This document shows, in pieces, positions 21,787 to 31,600 of a stretch of DNA of 32,000 nucleotides. The position numbers and the translations under genes were made by a program. Every line of letters begins with the position of its first letter. The first letter of the stretch is position 1. Origin of the DNA: an uncultured Opitutales bacterium (GTDB lineage: Bacteria > Verrucomicrobiota > Verrucomicrobiia > Opitutales > Intestinicryptomonadaceae); contig CAKTSY010000003.1 of the NCBI GenBank assembly GCA_934613415.1, positions 325,413 to 357,412 on the forward strand, written 5' to 3'. The notes below the pieces were generated by a model. It was not told the origin of the DNA, did no database searches, and saw only the letters and a program-made list of their open reading frames with translations.

Positions 21787-22092
21787 ATGTTTTGTAAATA
21801 TTGCGGAGCCCAAATAGACGACAACGCCGTAGTTTGCGTAAAATGTGGCAGACAAATTGCGCCCTTAAGGGAATGCAAAAAGAACGACAAAATTATATAT
21901 CTTCTTTTGGCGATATTTTTGGGAGCACTCGGCGCACACAACTTTTTTGTGGGCCGCACAAAAACGGGTATAATACAACTTTTAATAACAGTGTGCTCGT
22001 TTTTCACGCTATCGTTTTTTGTGGCGATATGGGCAATAGTAGAAGCCTGCCTAAACCTAAACTCCTCCACCCTCTTCGGCGACAGGCAATAG
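21787..22092 (+). CDS. Zinc-ribbon + TM2-domain membrane protein
   Basis: N-terminal CxxC...CxxC ribbon (FCKYCGAQIDDNAVVCVKCG), then the TM2 signature YLLLAIFLGALGAHNFFVGRTKTGIIQLL. AAGGAAA Shine-Dalgarno lies upstream. Confidence 0.75.
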   Translation: MFCKYCGAQIDDNAVVCVKCGRQIAPLRECKKNDKIIYLLLAIFLGALGAHNFFVGRTKTGIIQLLITVCSFFTLSFFVAIWAIVEACLNLNSSTLFGDRQ

Positions 22093-22112
22093 ATCACACA
22101 ATAAAACAATCC

Positions 22113-22146
22113 AAAAAAGTCTTCCCGAATGGAGAAGACTTTTTTA
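22113..22146. terminator. Bidirectional rho-independent terminator between convergent transcription units
   Basis: AAAAAAGTCTTC-CCGAATGGA-GAAGACTTTTTTT. The 7-bp GC-containing stem is flanked by an A-run on one side and a T-run on the other, so it reads as hairpin plus U-tract on both strands. Confidence 0.6.
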
Positions 22147-22200
22147 TTAATAGCAAAAAAATATTTTTTTGCGCGTATAAACAGAGAATCCAACGAAGTG

Positions 22201-22383
22201 CTATTTGCTTTTCCTTTGCCCGTCTTTAATCGCGCGCAATTTGCGCTCTATCTGCATTTCTATCTTTCTGTGCGAGGCAGTTTTGTTTAGCGAATTTATT
22301 GCCTTATACGCCGACTTTAACTCCCTTAAAATTTCGTCGTCTGCGTCTTGCCGGGGTTGCTGGCGGTTCTCGTTCATAGACAT
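22201..22383 (-). CDS. 58-60-aa highly charged helical mini-protein, translationally coupled to the sigma factor (possible sigma partner or anti-sigma)
   Basis: MSMNENRQQPRQDADDEILRELKSAYKAINSLNKTASHRKIEMQIERKLRAIKDGQRKSK. ATG at 22383 gives a 10-nt overlap; ATG at 22377 gives an ATGA overlap with the sigma stop TGA at 22374-22376. I recognise no homologue. Confidence 0.45.
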   Translation of the reverse strand: MSMNENRQQPRQDADDEILRELKSAYKAINSLNKTASHRKIEMQIERKLRAIKDGQRKSK

Positions 22384-23030
22384 TTTAACTCCCTTTCCTT
22401 TTGCACTGTCTCTTTCAGTTTTTTCATTATGCGGTAGACCGCGTTATTTACCGTGTTTTGCGATACGCCGAGTTCGCGCACAACCGTTTCGACGTCCGTG
22501 TCTTCAAGTTTTATCATCTCGAAAGCCGCGCATGTGCGGGCGTCGAACTTGTGGCGTATCGACATGTAGGCGTCGAGAATCAGGCTCTCTTTGAACGCCT
22601 TTTCCTCTTCGGCTTCAAGCTCCACTTTTTGGCTTTCGGCGTGGAGCTTTTCGGCGGAACAAAGCACGTCGGATTCGTCATCGTCTATAGACCCGAAGTT
22701 TGCGCCCTTTGCGTTTTTGCGCAAATAGTCTACAACACGCCGCTGGCAGATGGTCTTTAAAAAACATCTAAACCGCGACTTTGACGAATCGTAGATTTTC
22801 TTCGCAAAAATTTCGTTCAGCGAAACGATTGTGTCGTATGCGGAATATTTTGACAGACTCTTCCCGCAATCGGGTGCGCCAACGGAGCGGGACGTCCAAT
22901 TCCGGAATTTTCTAAACGCAAAAAAGGAATCTATCGACCGAGACATCGACTCCGTTCGGAAAAGCGTTTGGCGCGAAAAAGAAGAGTCGGGCGGCATACT
23001 TGAATGCATGGCAATTATTTCTGAACGCAT
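22374..23030 (-). CDS. Sigma-70-family (ECF-like) RNA polymerase sigma factor
   Basis: Region-2-like NEIFAKKIYDSSKSRFRCFLKTICQRRVVDYLRK. Region-4 HTH-like DTDVETVVRELGVSQNTVNNAVYRIMKKLKE. An acidic linker lies between them. The start is uncertain: the first 28 aa look low-complexity, and ATG 22946 (MSRSIDSFF...) is an alternative. Confidence 0.75.
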   Translation of the reverse strand: MRSEIIAMHSSMPPDSSFSRQTLFRTESMSRSIDSFFAFRKFRNWTSRSVGAPDCGKSLSKYSAYDTIVSLNEIFAKKIYDSSKSRFRCFLKTICQRRVVDYLRKNAKGANFGSIDDDESDVLCSAEKLHAESQKVELEAEEEKAFKESLILDAYMSIRHKFDARTCAAFEMIKLEDTDVETVVRELGVSQNTVNNAVYRIMKKLKETVQKERELKCL

Positions 23031-23153
23031 TGAAAACCCCGCTCAATACAGGCAATACGTTTCGGAGGAATACGCGCGCTACGAAAAGCAAAAATCTTTT
23101 CTAAAAAATCGAAGTAGCGTGATTTTTGCACTGGGCGGCACGAAATCATCAAT

Positions 23154-23399
23154 ATGGCAAAACACAAAAAAATTCCGCAGGAAATCCCGCCCATCTCAGA
23201 CCCTCCAATGACATATAAGGAGTTTTACGAGTTTTGGACAAAAAAATATCCTAAAGACAAAGGCTTTTTGCTGGACTTCGAGTACGCATTGTACCTCGAC
23301 CCCATAAATGACTTTCGCATGCAAAAAGTCATGAAGGAAATTGGCGAGGCGGCAAAAAAGTGCATCGGGAAAGGTAAGGTAATAAAGGTAAAATTATGA
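23154..23399 (+). CDS. Hypothetical small protein (81 aa, or 63 aa from ATG 23208)
   Basis: The ORF has an ATGA overlap with the downstream esterase start (ATG 23396 / TGA 23397-23399). The product is Lys/aromatic-rich (YKEFYEFWTKKYPKDKGFLLDFEYALYLDP). I recognise no homologue. Confidence 0.4.
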   Translation: MAKHKKIPQEIPPISDPPMTYKEFYEFWTKKYPKDKGFLLDFEYALYLDPINDFRMQKVMKEIGEAAKKCIGKGKVIKVKL

Positions 23400-23968
23400 A
23401 TTATTATTATATACACGGATTCGCTTCGGGAAAAAACAGTTCGACTTTCGGGAAAATCCGCGGACAAATCCCCTTCGCGAAGGCGTTGGCGTTCGACAGC
23501 GCAAAAACTTATTCCGAAAATATGGAGTCTCTTGTCTCGCAAATTGCGGGCAATAATGAGCCGTGTTGCATTATAGGCTCGTCGCTGGGAGGGTTTTACG
23601 CAATGCAACTGACGCCTTTTGTCCATTGCTGTGCCGCGCGCTTGCTTGTTAACCCGTGCGTTGTGCCGCGTTCGACTCTGAAATCTTTTAAAGGAGACTG
23701 TCAGGATTTTGAAACGGGAAAGCCCTTTTCTTTGACCTCTGATATTTGCAACTCATACCCCGAAGACCTTGACGTTGTAAAACTTTCGCGCGGAATCCCG
23801 ACTGCCGTGCTCCTTTCAAAAAACGATGAAGTCCTGGACTTCCGCATCGCGGAGCATAAATTCCGACATATTGCAGACATCAAATATATAAACGGCAAAC
23901 ACCGCCTAAGCGATTTCCCTGCATTTTTTAACGCACTAAAAGAACTAATCTGCGCCGCATCATTTTAG
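23396..23968 (+). CDS. YqiA/YcfP-family (UPF0227) alpha/beta-hydrolase esterase
   Basis: 190 aa, collinear by eye with E. coli YqiA. Matching segments: YYIHGFASG (YLHGFNSS), IIGSSLGGFYA (nucleophile elbow GSSLGG), LVNPCVVP, NDEVLDFRIA, GKHRLSDF. AAAGG Shine-Dalgarno lies upstream. Confidence 0.75.
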   Translation: MNYYYIHGFASGKNSSTFGKIRGQIPFAKALAFDSAKTYSENMESLVSQIAGNNEPCCIIGSSLGGFYAMQLTPFVHCCAARLLVNPCVVPRSTLKSFKGDCQDFETGKPFSLTSDICNSYPEDLDVVKLSRGIPTAVLLSKNDEVLDFRIAEHKFRHIADIKYINGKHRLSDFPAFFNALKELICAASF

Positions 23969-24348
23969 AACTTCAGATTGTTGCGCATTGAACTCACCAC
24001 ACTCCCAAAATTGCGTCCTGGGAGAACGAATCGATAGCTCTCACGTGGCACAAATTTTACAAATAGACGTCGATTAAATCTATCGGTCAATATTTGCGAA
24101 TATCCATATCCCGACTTTGTCCGCAAAGCGGCAAAACGCACGAAAGTGCCGATTGAGCTTTTGACGCGCAAAAGATATTGCGGAAAATCCGCCGACGGCA
24201 AAGGCTACAAGCACCACATTTTGGACAAATCGCTTTTCATATGCCTGATGTGGCTTCGTATTTCGGTTTGTTGACTTCTATTACCGCAATGTGCTGCCTG
24301 CGGGACACAATTGCTAAAGCGCGATTTCCAAATCCCGCTGCGAATAGC

Positions 24349-25533
24349 CTATTTTCCCGAAGACTCACAGTCAACCCCAGCGTGCGCGTCAAGCTCTTCT
24401 AAAAGAGCCTTCCCGAAATTCCGCAACTGGTCGGGTGTTGACGGCAATTCGCCGGATGGAACCGCAAACGGTATTTCCATAGCCGCGCTCCACATGACAT
24501 TCTCCAACCTTTCCGCCCATTTGGCGAATGTTATCGGCCGTCTGTCGTGCAAAAACGGGTCGAAGTCGACATCCAATTCGGGATTGTTCGCAAGCCCGCC
24601 CGATTCATTGCAGCGCTCGGCAAGCTTCAGCGAGAAGCCTTTTGCCAAATTTCGCTTTTTGCCGTTTTTTCCGAAGACGAAATATATGCCGTTGGCGTGC
24701 GTGGAAAGGCGGCTCATTTCCGAAAAAAGCGGGGAATGCAAATCCAAAACTACCGTTTTTTTCCCGTCGGCGTTCAGTTTTTCCAATATCCGTTTTAGCG
24801 TTGCCGTGGCGGCGTACCTTGACGTTCCGTAATAGTCTTGGTTGTGGTCGCGCGGTTTGCGGAATTTTCCCTGCCCGCCCTCCTCTACGCCGTCCAAATC
24901 CACAAGGGGGAAGGCGGCAACCCGAATGTTTTTCGCGTATTTTGCGGCGGAAAGAAAACCCTCCAAGACAAAGCTAGCCGCCGATTCGCAAGCGTGGTGG
25001 CGGCAGGTTAGAACCGCCGTGACGGCGGAATCTTCGTTTCCGAGCGCAACGAACACGTTTTCGCGTCCGCGCTCGGTTTTGCAGAAATGTCGGATCGCGA
25101 TTCCGCGCGATTCCGCGAATCTTTTAAAATCCGAATACAGGTAGGGTATGACTGAAGCGAAGCGGACTTCGGCGGCGTCCTCAGAGACGCGGTATGAGAA
25201 TTTTGCGGAATCGCCGCATCGGCGGACAGAACGCGCGCCCAGCGGCATCCAGTTTTTGCCGGAGTCCTCCGAGACGAACGCCCCGCATGCGTCAACGGCA
25301 TTTCTACCCGATACGCTTATTTCCAAAAGTTTGCCGGACGCTTTTCTTACGCGAAAATTCCAATAGCTTCCGCTGCGCGAGCAGCCTGAGGAATCGGGGG
25401 CAATCGAGATTTTTCCGTCTGCCGAAGCGGCGATAACGGCGTTGCCTCCCGCGAAATCGGCGGAAACGTCAGCAGCGGGCAAATGCGCGGAGCAGAGTGA
25501 CAGAAATGCGGAAAATGCGAATATCTTTTTCAT
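24349..25533 (-). CDS. Secreted M14-family (cytosolic-carboxypeptidase-like subfamily) zinc peptidase homologue
   Basis: Signal peptide MKKIFAFSAFLSLCSAHLPAA from ATG 25533; the track start at 25584 lies inside a hairpin. The N-domain is CCP-like (ADFAGGNA...SYWNFRVRK). Zinc motif HxxE in CRHHACESAASFVLEGFL. Also FPLVDLDGV, DLHS and AMEIPF. Confidence 0.65.
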   Translation of the reverse strand: MKKIFAFSAFLSLCSAHLPAADVSADFAGGNAVIAASADGKISIAPDSSGCSRSGSYWNFRVRKASGKLLEISVSGRNAVDACGAFVSEDSGKNWMPLGARSVRRCGDSAKFSYRVSEDAAEVRFASVIPYLYSDFKRFAESRGIAIRHFCKTERGRENVFVALGNEDSAVTAVLTCRHHACESAASFVLEGFLSAAKYAKNIRVAAFPLVDLDGVEEGGQGKFRKPRDHNQDYYGTSRYAATATLKRILEKLNADGKKTVVLDLHSPLFSEMSRLSTHANGIYFVFGKNGKKRNLAKGFSLKLAERCNESGGLANNPELDVDFDPFLHDRRPITFAKWAERLENVMWSAAMEIPFAVPSGELPSTPDQLRNFGKALLEELDAHAGVDCESSGK

Positions 25534-25551
25534 GTTTTGTGTTATACGCAA

Positions 25552-25584
25552 ATGGGGGCGGATTTTTCGCAAATCCGCCCCCAT
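25552..25584 (-). terminator. Perfect 14-bp stem-loop between the autotransporter and the M14 gene (possible terminator, attenuator or RNA-stabilising hairpin)
   Basis: ATGGGGGCGGATTT-TTCGC-AAATCCGCCCCCAT with 8 G:C pairs. It lies 20 nt after the autotransporter stop and 18 nt before ATG 25533. There is no U-run on the minus-strand side (TTGCGTAT), so it is not a canonical intrinsic terminator. Confidence 0.4.
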
Positions 25585-25604
25585 GCATTGTTTTTACAGA
25601 CCCA

Positions 25605-28600
25605 TTAGAATTCGAATCTGATATAGCCGCCGATATGGTGGTTCAGCTCGGATAAGCTTACTTCGGCATTGTAATTTGCCCCCACCGACACGGAGTCGGT
25701 GATGTTGCCGTTTATGCCGAACCCGAGAATCGCATAGTCTCTTTCGATTGACGATCCTCTGAGGATGCCACTGCTGACGGCAAACATGGAGGGATCGAGC
25801 GAATAGCCTACGTTGTACCTGTTATCGAGGAATTCGTGGGCGTACATTGCGCTGACGGCAATTCTCAGAATGTCCCTATACTGGTAGGCTGCCTCGAATC
25901 CCGCAAGAGTCCTAATGCTGTGGTAGTCTCCACCGGCATAGGTCATTGCGTCCGGACCCGTGTATTCCTTTTCCGTCGCGCTTTTTGTAAGCACCGCGGA
26001 GTAGTTTACACCGAGAATGGGTGTAATCGAGAAGGGAAGCCCGCAGGGTTTTATCGTATAGCGCAAGCCGCCAAATGCCCCGAAGGTGTCGCTTTCGTAA
26101 TCGACCTTCGCCTTGCCGGCAGCCGCCTCGCGTTCGGATTTATTGTCTCCGTAGGAGTATGTTAGACCGATGTACGCGTCGAGCCCGTCCGTTATCTGAT
26201 AGTCTCCGTAGAGATTGATTATCAGGTTAGTGGATTCGGCTTTTGCCGATACATTGTCGCCCGTCGCGCGGGAATACGCTCCGCCCGCCGAGATCCCGAA
26301 GAAGAGGTCGCGGTTGACGATGTATTCCAGGTTGGCAAGACCGCCGGTCGAATAGGAGTTGGCTCCCGAATTTCCGTCCGTTCCCGCAAAATCCCCGAGT
26401 CTGTTTACACTCCTGAAGGATACCGAGGTAACGTCGGAGATGTCCTTTTCCGAACCGTCCGAAACAGCCGCGACTTCATTCGAACCCGCAAACGCCGGAC
26501 GTCCGAGCATTGCTCTGGTGGCGGAGATGTAGTCGACCGTGGAGAACGCTATCGAATTCGCGAGAGCCGCCTGTTGGCGCGCGGCATACGTCATTGCATT
26601 CGGAAGCGAAGCCGAAAGCGACTTTTCGCCAGTAATGTACGGCATTTTAATGTCGCGGATGTTTTCGCTGTTCCTATCGAGATCGCCCGAGTGTTTGAGG
26701 CTGTCGATGATTTTGGCAAATTCGGCTTCGTTTGCGGTTTTTGCAACCGTCTTTTCGACGAATCTGTTTGCCTTTATTTCATGAACCACCTTGCCGCTCG
26801 ATGCCGAGTATTCGATATCGAGAATACCGTTGTCGGTTGTTCCCGAAACCGTATTCGCGTCGATGTCTGTCGCGTAGAGGTCGGTGGCCGTCAGGTTTTG
26901 ACTGTACAGCGCGGTTTCGTTTTGGATTTCGCCCGCCGAGTCCCTGTACGTGTGGTTGAACGAGCCGCTTTGCGGAACGTCGTCGTATTTGCCCACAAGC
27001 GTGAACTCGTTTACAACCGATTCGTCCGCGGCTTCGAATGCGAACGCCGCATGGGATTTCGCCTTCAGGAAGTTCCAAACCGACTTTTCAGTGCCGCCGA
27101 GAATGCCGTTTACGGCAACATCGGAGGTTCTGCCCACGGCGGAGTGCTGTCCGGCGGACTTTACCGAATCGAAGGTCCAGTTATTTTCCGTCACGAGTTC
27201 GACATCGCTGGCAAAATTCAGCTTGCCGACGATTTCCACATCGTTTTGCGTAAACGACAGACGCAGTCTATCGCCCGTCAATGCCGCCCCGATATCGAGA
27301 ACCGTTCCCGTGAGCGCGGCGGATTTGATTGCCGAAGCGTGGAGAATCAGTTTGTCTACGGTTGCAGAGCCGCCGCTTTGGGACTTTATCAGGGGATTTC
27401 CGCCCGTGTCGTACACCGCACCGATTTCGTCGGCGCCGATTTCAATCGTTCCGACATTGTCGGCGTACATAAACGGTCCGTCGTCCGTCCGCGCGTAGTC
27501 GACCCCGTCAGCTATCGAGCGAATCTCGGCGTTTCCGACCGATTCCAAGTCGAGATAGTTGGCGGCTTTATTTACGGCAACTTCCGCCGCGTTGGATATT
27601 TTCGTAGCGACGTTTGCCGTATCGACCGTTATGACGGACGAAGACTGCGTTCCACTCAGCGTGGCTCCCGTATTGTCCGCATCCCCGTCGAGGGAGCCCA
27701 CGGTGATATTGCCCGACGCCTTGATGTTTATTTCGTCCGCAGCTTCGACTGCGTCAGCCGTGAAGCCGGCAACATTGAGAACGTTTACGTTTTCGTCAGC
27801 CTTGATCCTGTCGACTACAACATTGTCCGCGCCGTCGATTGTGAGATTTTTGGCTTCAATCCCGTTCAGGGCGGATATGTCGGAAACATTCTTGATTTCG
27901 GCGTCGCCTGCCGTTTTGAGAGAACCCGTAAAGCTTACGTTTCCTCCCTTGGCGGCGTTATCCATCGAGAACGAATTTGCCGAAACGTCTCCCGCAAAGG
28001 TCGTGTCTCCGTTTACGTCGTCGATTTTCACGGAATTTGCGGCGGTCAGCTTCTTTGCAAACTTCACGTCTCCGCCGACGGTGTCAATGCCGAGCGTGTC
28101 GAGCAGGACTTCGTCGCGGAAATCGACATCGTTGGATATCGACACGATATCCATTCTGTCCGCTCCCGCGGAAATCTTTCCGTTGACGATTACGCCCGAT
28201 ACGTTTTCGATTTTGGAGTCGCCTCCGCCGAGAACGTTCTTCAATTCGACTTTTTGGGTTTGGTCTGCTCCCTTTACGGAAACATAGCCCACGTTCGCGG
28301 TCGAAGTAACGTCTCCGCCGGCACTGCCGACAATAAGTCCGCCGCCGATATTGCCGTTTGCGGAAACCTTGTCGTTGGCCGTGCCGATATTGACGGAACC
28401 CGATACGCCCATGGAATTAACCGTTACCGCGCCGTTGGCAGTGCCTATTGTAGCATCGCCGTCTACTGCGTCCATCAGCGTCGTTCCGCCGACCCCGCCT
28501 GCAACCGAGAAGTTGCCGATGCCGGAAACTTCGGCGTTGCCGCCTACATTGTTCCGTATCTGCACGTCCTTCGCATTTTTAATTTCGAGAGAGCCCGCAT

Positions 28601-31600
28601 TTTCGGCGGAAATGCCCTGCGTATCCGCGGCTTTGAGCTTGCCCTGCACGTCCTGCAAGGCTATTTGCCCGCCGACGTTTTTGGCGTCGAGCGCGCCGAG
28701 CGATACGGAGCTGTCTATTCCTCCCGAGATATCGGCGGCAGAGAGCGTTCCGTCGACATTGTTTGTCTCCACGCTTCCGGCCGTATTAACGGCGACGTTT
28801 GCTGAGGCGTTTTCCACGTACACTTTTCCGGCTACGTTTTTGGCGTTTACGTCTCCGCCGGCCGTTCCCGATATTTCAAGGGCGTCAACGTTTTCCGCGA
28901 GGGACGTTCCATTTACGTCGGTTAGTGAGACTGTTCCGGCGTTTTTGACGTTGAGCGAGCCAGCCGACACTGCGGTTATGTCGCCCGAAACATCGGAGGC
29001 CTTCAATTCGGCGTCAACGTTGTTGAGGGCGATGCCGCCGCCGATATTCCTCGCGTCGAGAGAGCCGAGCCTTGTCGCGCTGCTTATGCTTCCTCCGACA
29101 TTTTCGGCGGAGAGCTTTCCGCTGATATCGTCGGCTGCGACATTGCCGCCGACGGCGGAAACGCTTACGTTCGTGCCTTCGGAAACGGCGACACTATTTG
29201 TTATGTCCTTTGCCGTTACGTCGTTTTCCGCAACGGATATTATCAGGCTGTCCGCGCCGATAACTTTTGTTATTCCCTTTACGGTATTCGCACTGACCGC
29301 GCCGCCGATGTCGGTGGCGTCAAGCTGTCCGTCCACATCCGCGAGGGAGAGGTCGCCGCCTATATCCGCGGCCTTCACGTTGCCGCCTACTTTCCCGCCT
29401 ACGGCAACGTCGCCCGTTATGGATTCGGCCTTTACGTTTCCGCCGACATTGCCCGATACCGCAAGGCTGTCTGCGTATCTTACGTTTGCGTCTCCGATGC
29501 CGATTTCGGCGACGGAAACGTCTTTGGCTCCGTTAACGTCGAGCGATTTCGCTTTTTGCGCGGTTATATTCAAGACGTCGCGCGCCTTGATTTCGCCGGC
29601 AACGTCGCCCTGGAAGTCGATATTTCCGGCGTCTTTTATGTCTGCCGAACCGAGCGTTCCGCTTGCGGAAACGTCCTTAGCCCCGTTAACTTTGAGCTCT
29701 CCGACAACCGTGTTGACGGATATGTCTCCGTTTACCGTCGATGCCAAGACGGAACCTATCGAGCCCGCGCTTGTTATGCCGTTTACGCCTATGTTGGCGG
29801 CGTCGAGCTTGCCCGACAGATTGTCGGCTACAACGCCCTTGGCGTCGCGCACAATCAAATCGGATCCGTTCGCGATTTCCACGTTGCCCGCTATATTCTT
29901 TGCGGTAACCTCGCTTCCCGCGGTCGTTATCGACAGGCTCTTGGCGTCTATCACCGAGGCGACTCCGCCGACTTCTTCAATCGAGATGTCGCCTGCGGAT
30001 TTTGCATCGAGGGAGCCGATTTTGCCCGTTGCGGCGATATCGCCCGTATTGGAGGCCTCCAGCTGGTTCGTTACGTCGGCGAACGAGAGGTTGCCTGCGT
30101 TTTTGGCGTTTACGCTGCCTACTGTGCCCGAAGCCGATACGTTTTTGACGTCATCGACTTTCAGCTCGTTCTGCACATCGGCGACAGATATATCGCCGCC
30201 AACCGTCGTCGCGTCGAGAGAGCCGAGATTTGTCGAGCTTGTTATGCCGCCGTCTATATCGCTTGCCTTGAGTTTGCCGGATATGTCGTCCGCGCTTACG
30301 TTTCCGCCCGCTCCGTTCACCGTGAGATTGGTTCCCTTCGCCAGTTTAACGTCGCCGGCGATTGTCTTTGCGGTTATGTCGCCGTTGGCTGTCGTTATGT
30401 CGAGGCTTGCCGCGCCGCTTACGTCGCCGATGCCGTTCACCGTCGCCACTTGGACGTTGCCCGCTCCGTTTATGCTAAGCGAACCCGCGGAATTTGCCGA
30501 CAAGTCCGAAACATCCGTCGCCTTTATGCGTCCGCTTACGTCGTTGAGGGTTGTTGCCCCGCCGATGTCGGTTGCGTCGAAACTACCAAGTGTTCCTGAG
30601 CTTTCAACCGTTCCGTTTATGCTCTTTACGACCAACCCGTTTGTAACGTTGTCGGCGACAACGCTGTCGGCCGTGTTTATATCAACTGCGGAGGCGGAGC
30701 CGATTTCGGCTTTCCCCGAGATTTTCGAGGCGTCCACCGTGCCCGTCGCGCTGCCGATTTTCAGGCTGCCTGCCTTTTTGATGTCTGCCGAGCCGTCGAG
30801 ATCGGTTATGTCAACCGCGCCTGCAACGGAATTTGCGGTTACATCGCCGTTGGCTGTCGTTATTTTCAGGCTTGCCGCGTCGGTTACGCTCGAGGTTCCC
30901 TCTACGGTTTCCGCGGATATGTTGCCCGCTCCGTTGGCGGTAAGTTTGCCGTCGATTTTTCCGGTTACGGCAACGTCGGATACATCCGTAAGTTTCATGT
31001 TGCCCGACACCGTATTCACGGTTATCGAACTTTCAGATTCTTCTGCTGTAAAGTTGCCGTTTACGCTTCCGACCAATACCGCGCCGCCAGTGGTGCGCGA
31101 CAAATCGACCTTTCCGTCCACCGTGCCGAGATTGATATCGCCGTCGATTGCGTCGGCGCGCACGTTCCCGTTGGCGGAAACGATGTCAAGGCCTTTCGCG
31201 TTGGCGACGTTCGTCGTTCCGTTTACAGTGGAAACATCCACATTGCCAGCTCCGTCGATGTCGAGGCTTGCCGCGGTTTCGGCGGATATGTCTGCGATGC
31301 CGCGCGCTTTTATTGTGCCGACCACGTCTTTAGCCGTAATCGAGCCGGTTACGTTCGAGGCGTCGAGCGAGCCGAGGCTGGTCGCGCTTGTAACGTTTCC
31401 GCCGATTTTTTCGAGCGTCGCAGCACCCGCTACATTGTCGATTTTCACGTCGCCCGCAATGTTTTTCGCGGTTACGTCTGAATTTGCGTTCGCAATGTCC
31501 ACGCTTCCCGCCGTGTCAACGAGCGCATTTCCCGTTACGGTGTCGGTCACTTTCACTTCGCCGCCGATTCTTTGGGCGTCGAGAGTTCCGTTTATGTTGT

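Noticed and set aside
21732-22193. 153-aa minus-strand ORF and 142-aa plus-strand ORF overlapping the TM2 gene
   Set aside because: They are antisense to or out of frame with the zinc-ribbon/TM2 CDS, which has a strong ribosome-binding site and family signature. The minus-strand ORF would also run through the terminator hairpin.
23965-24402. 78-aa minus-strand and 74-aa plus-strand ORFs in the esterase/M14 gap
   Set aside because: They have no ribosome-binding sites and no recognisable motifs, the two overlap each other, and their products are Arg/Ser-rich junk-like sequence.
25534-25584. Longer M14 start at ATG 25584 (MGADLRKIRPHLRITQN...)
   Set aside because: The extra 17 codons are simply the translated hairpin arms. 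A textbook signal peptide begins at the internal ATG 25533.
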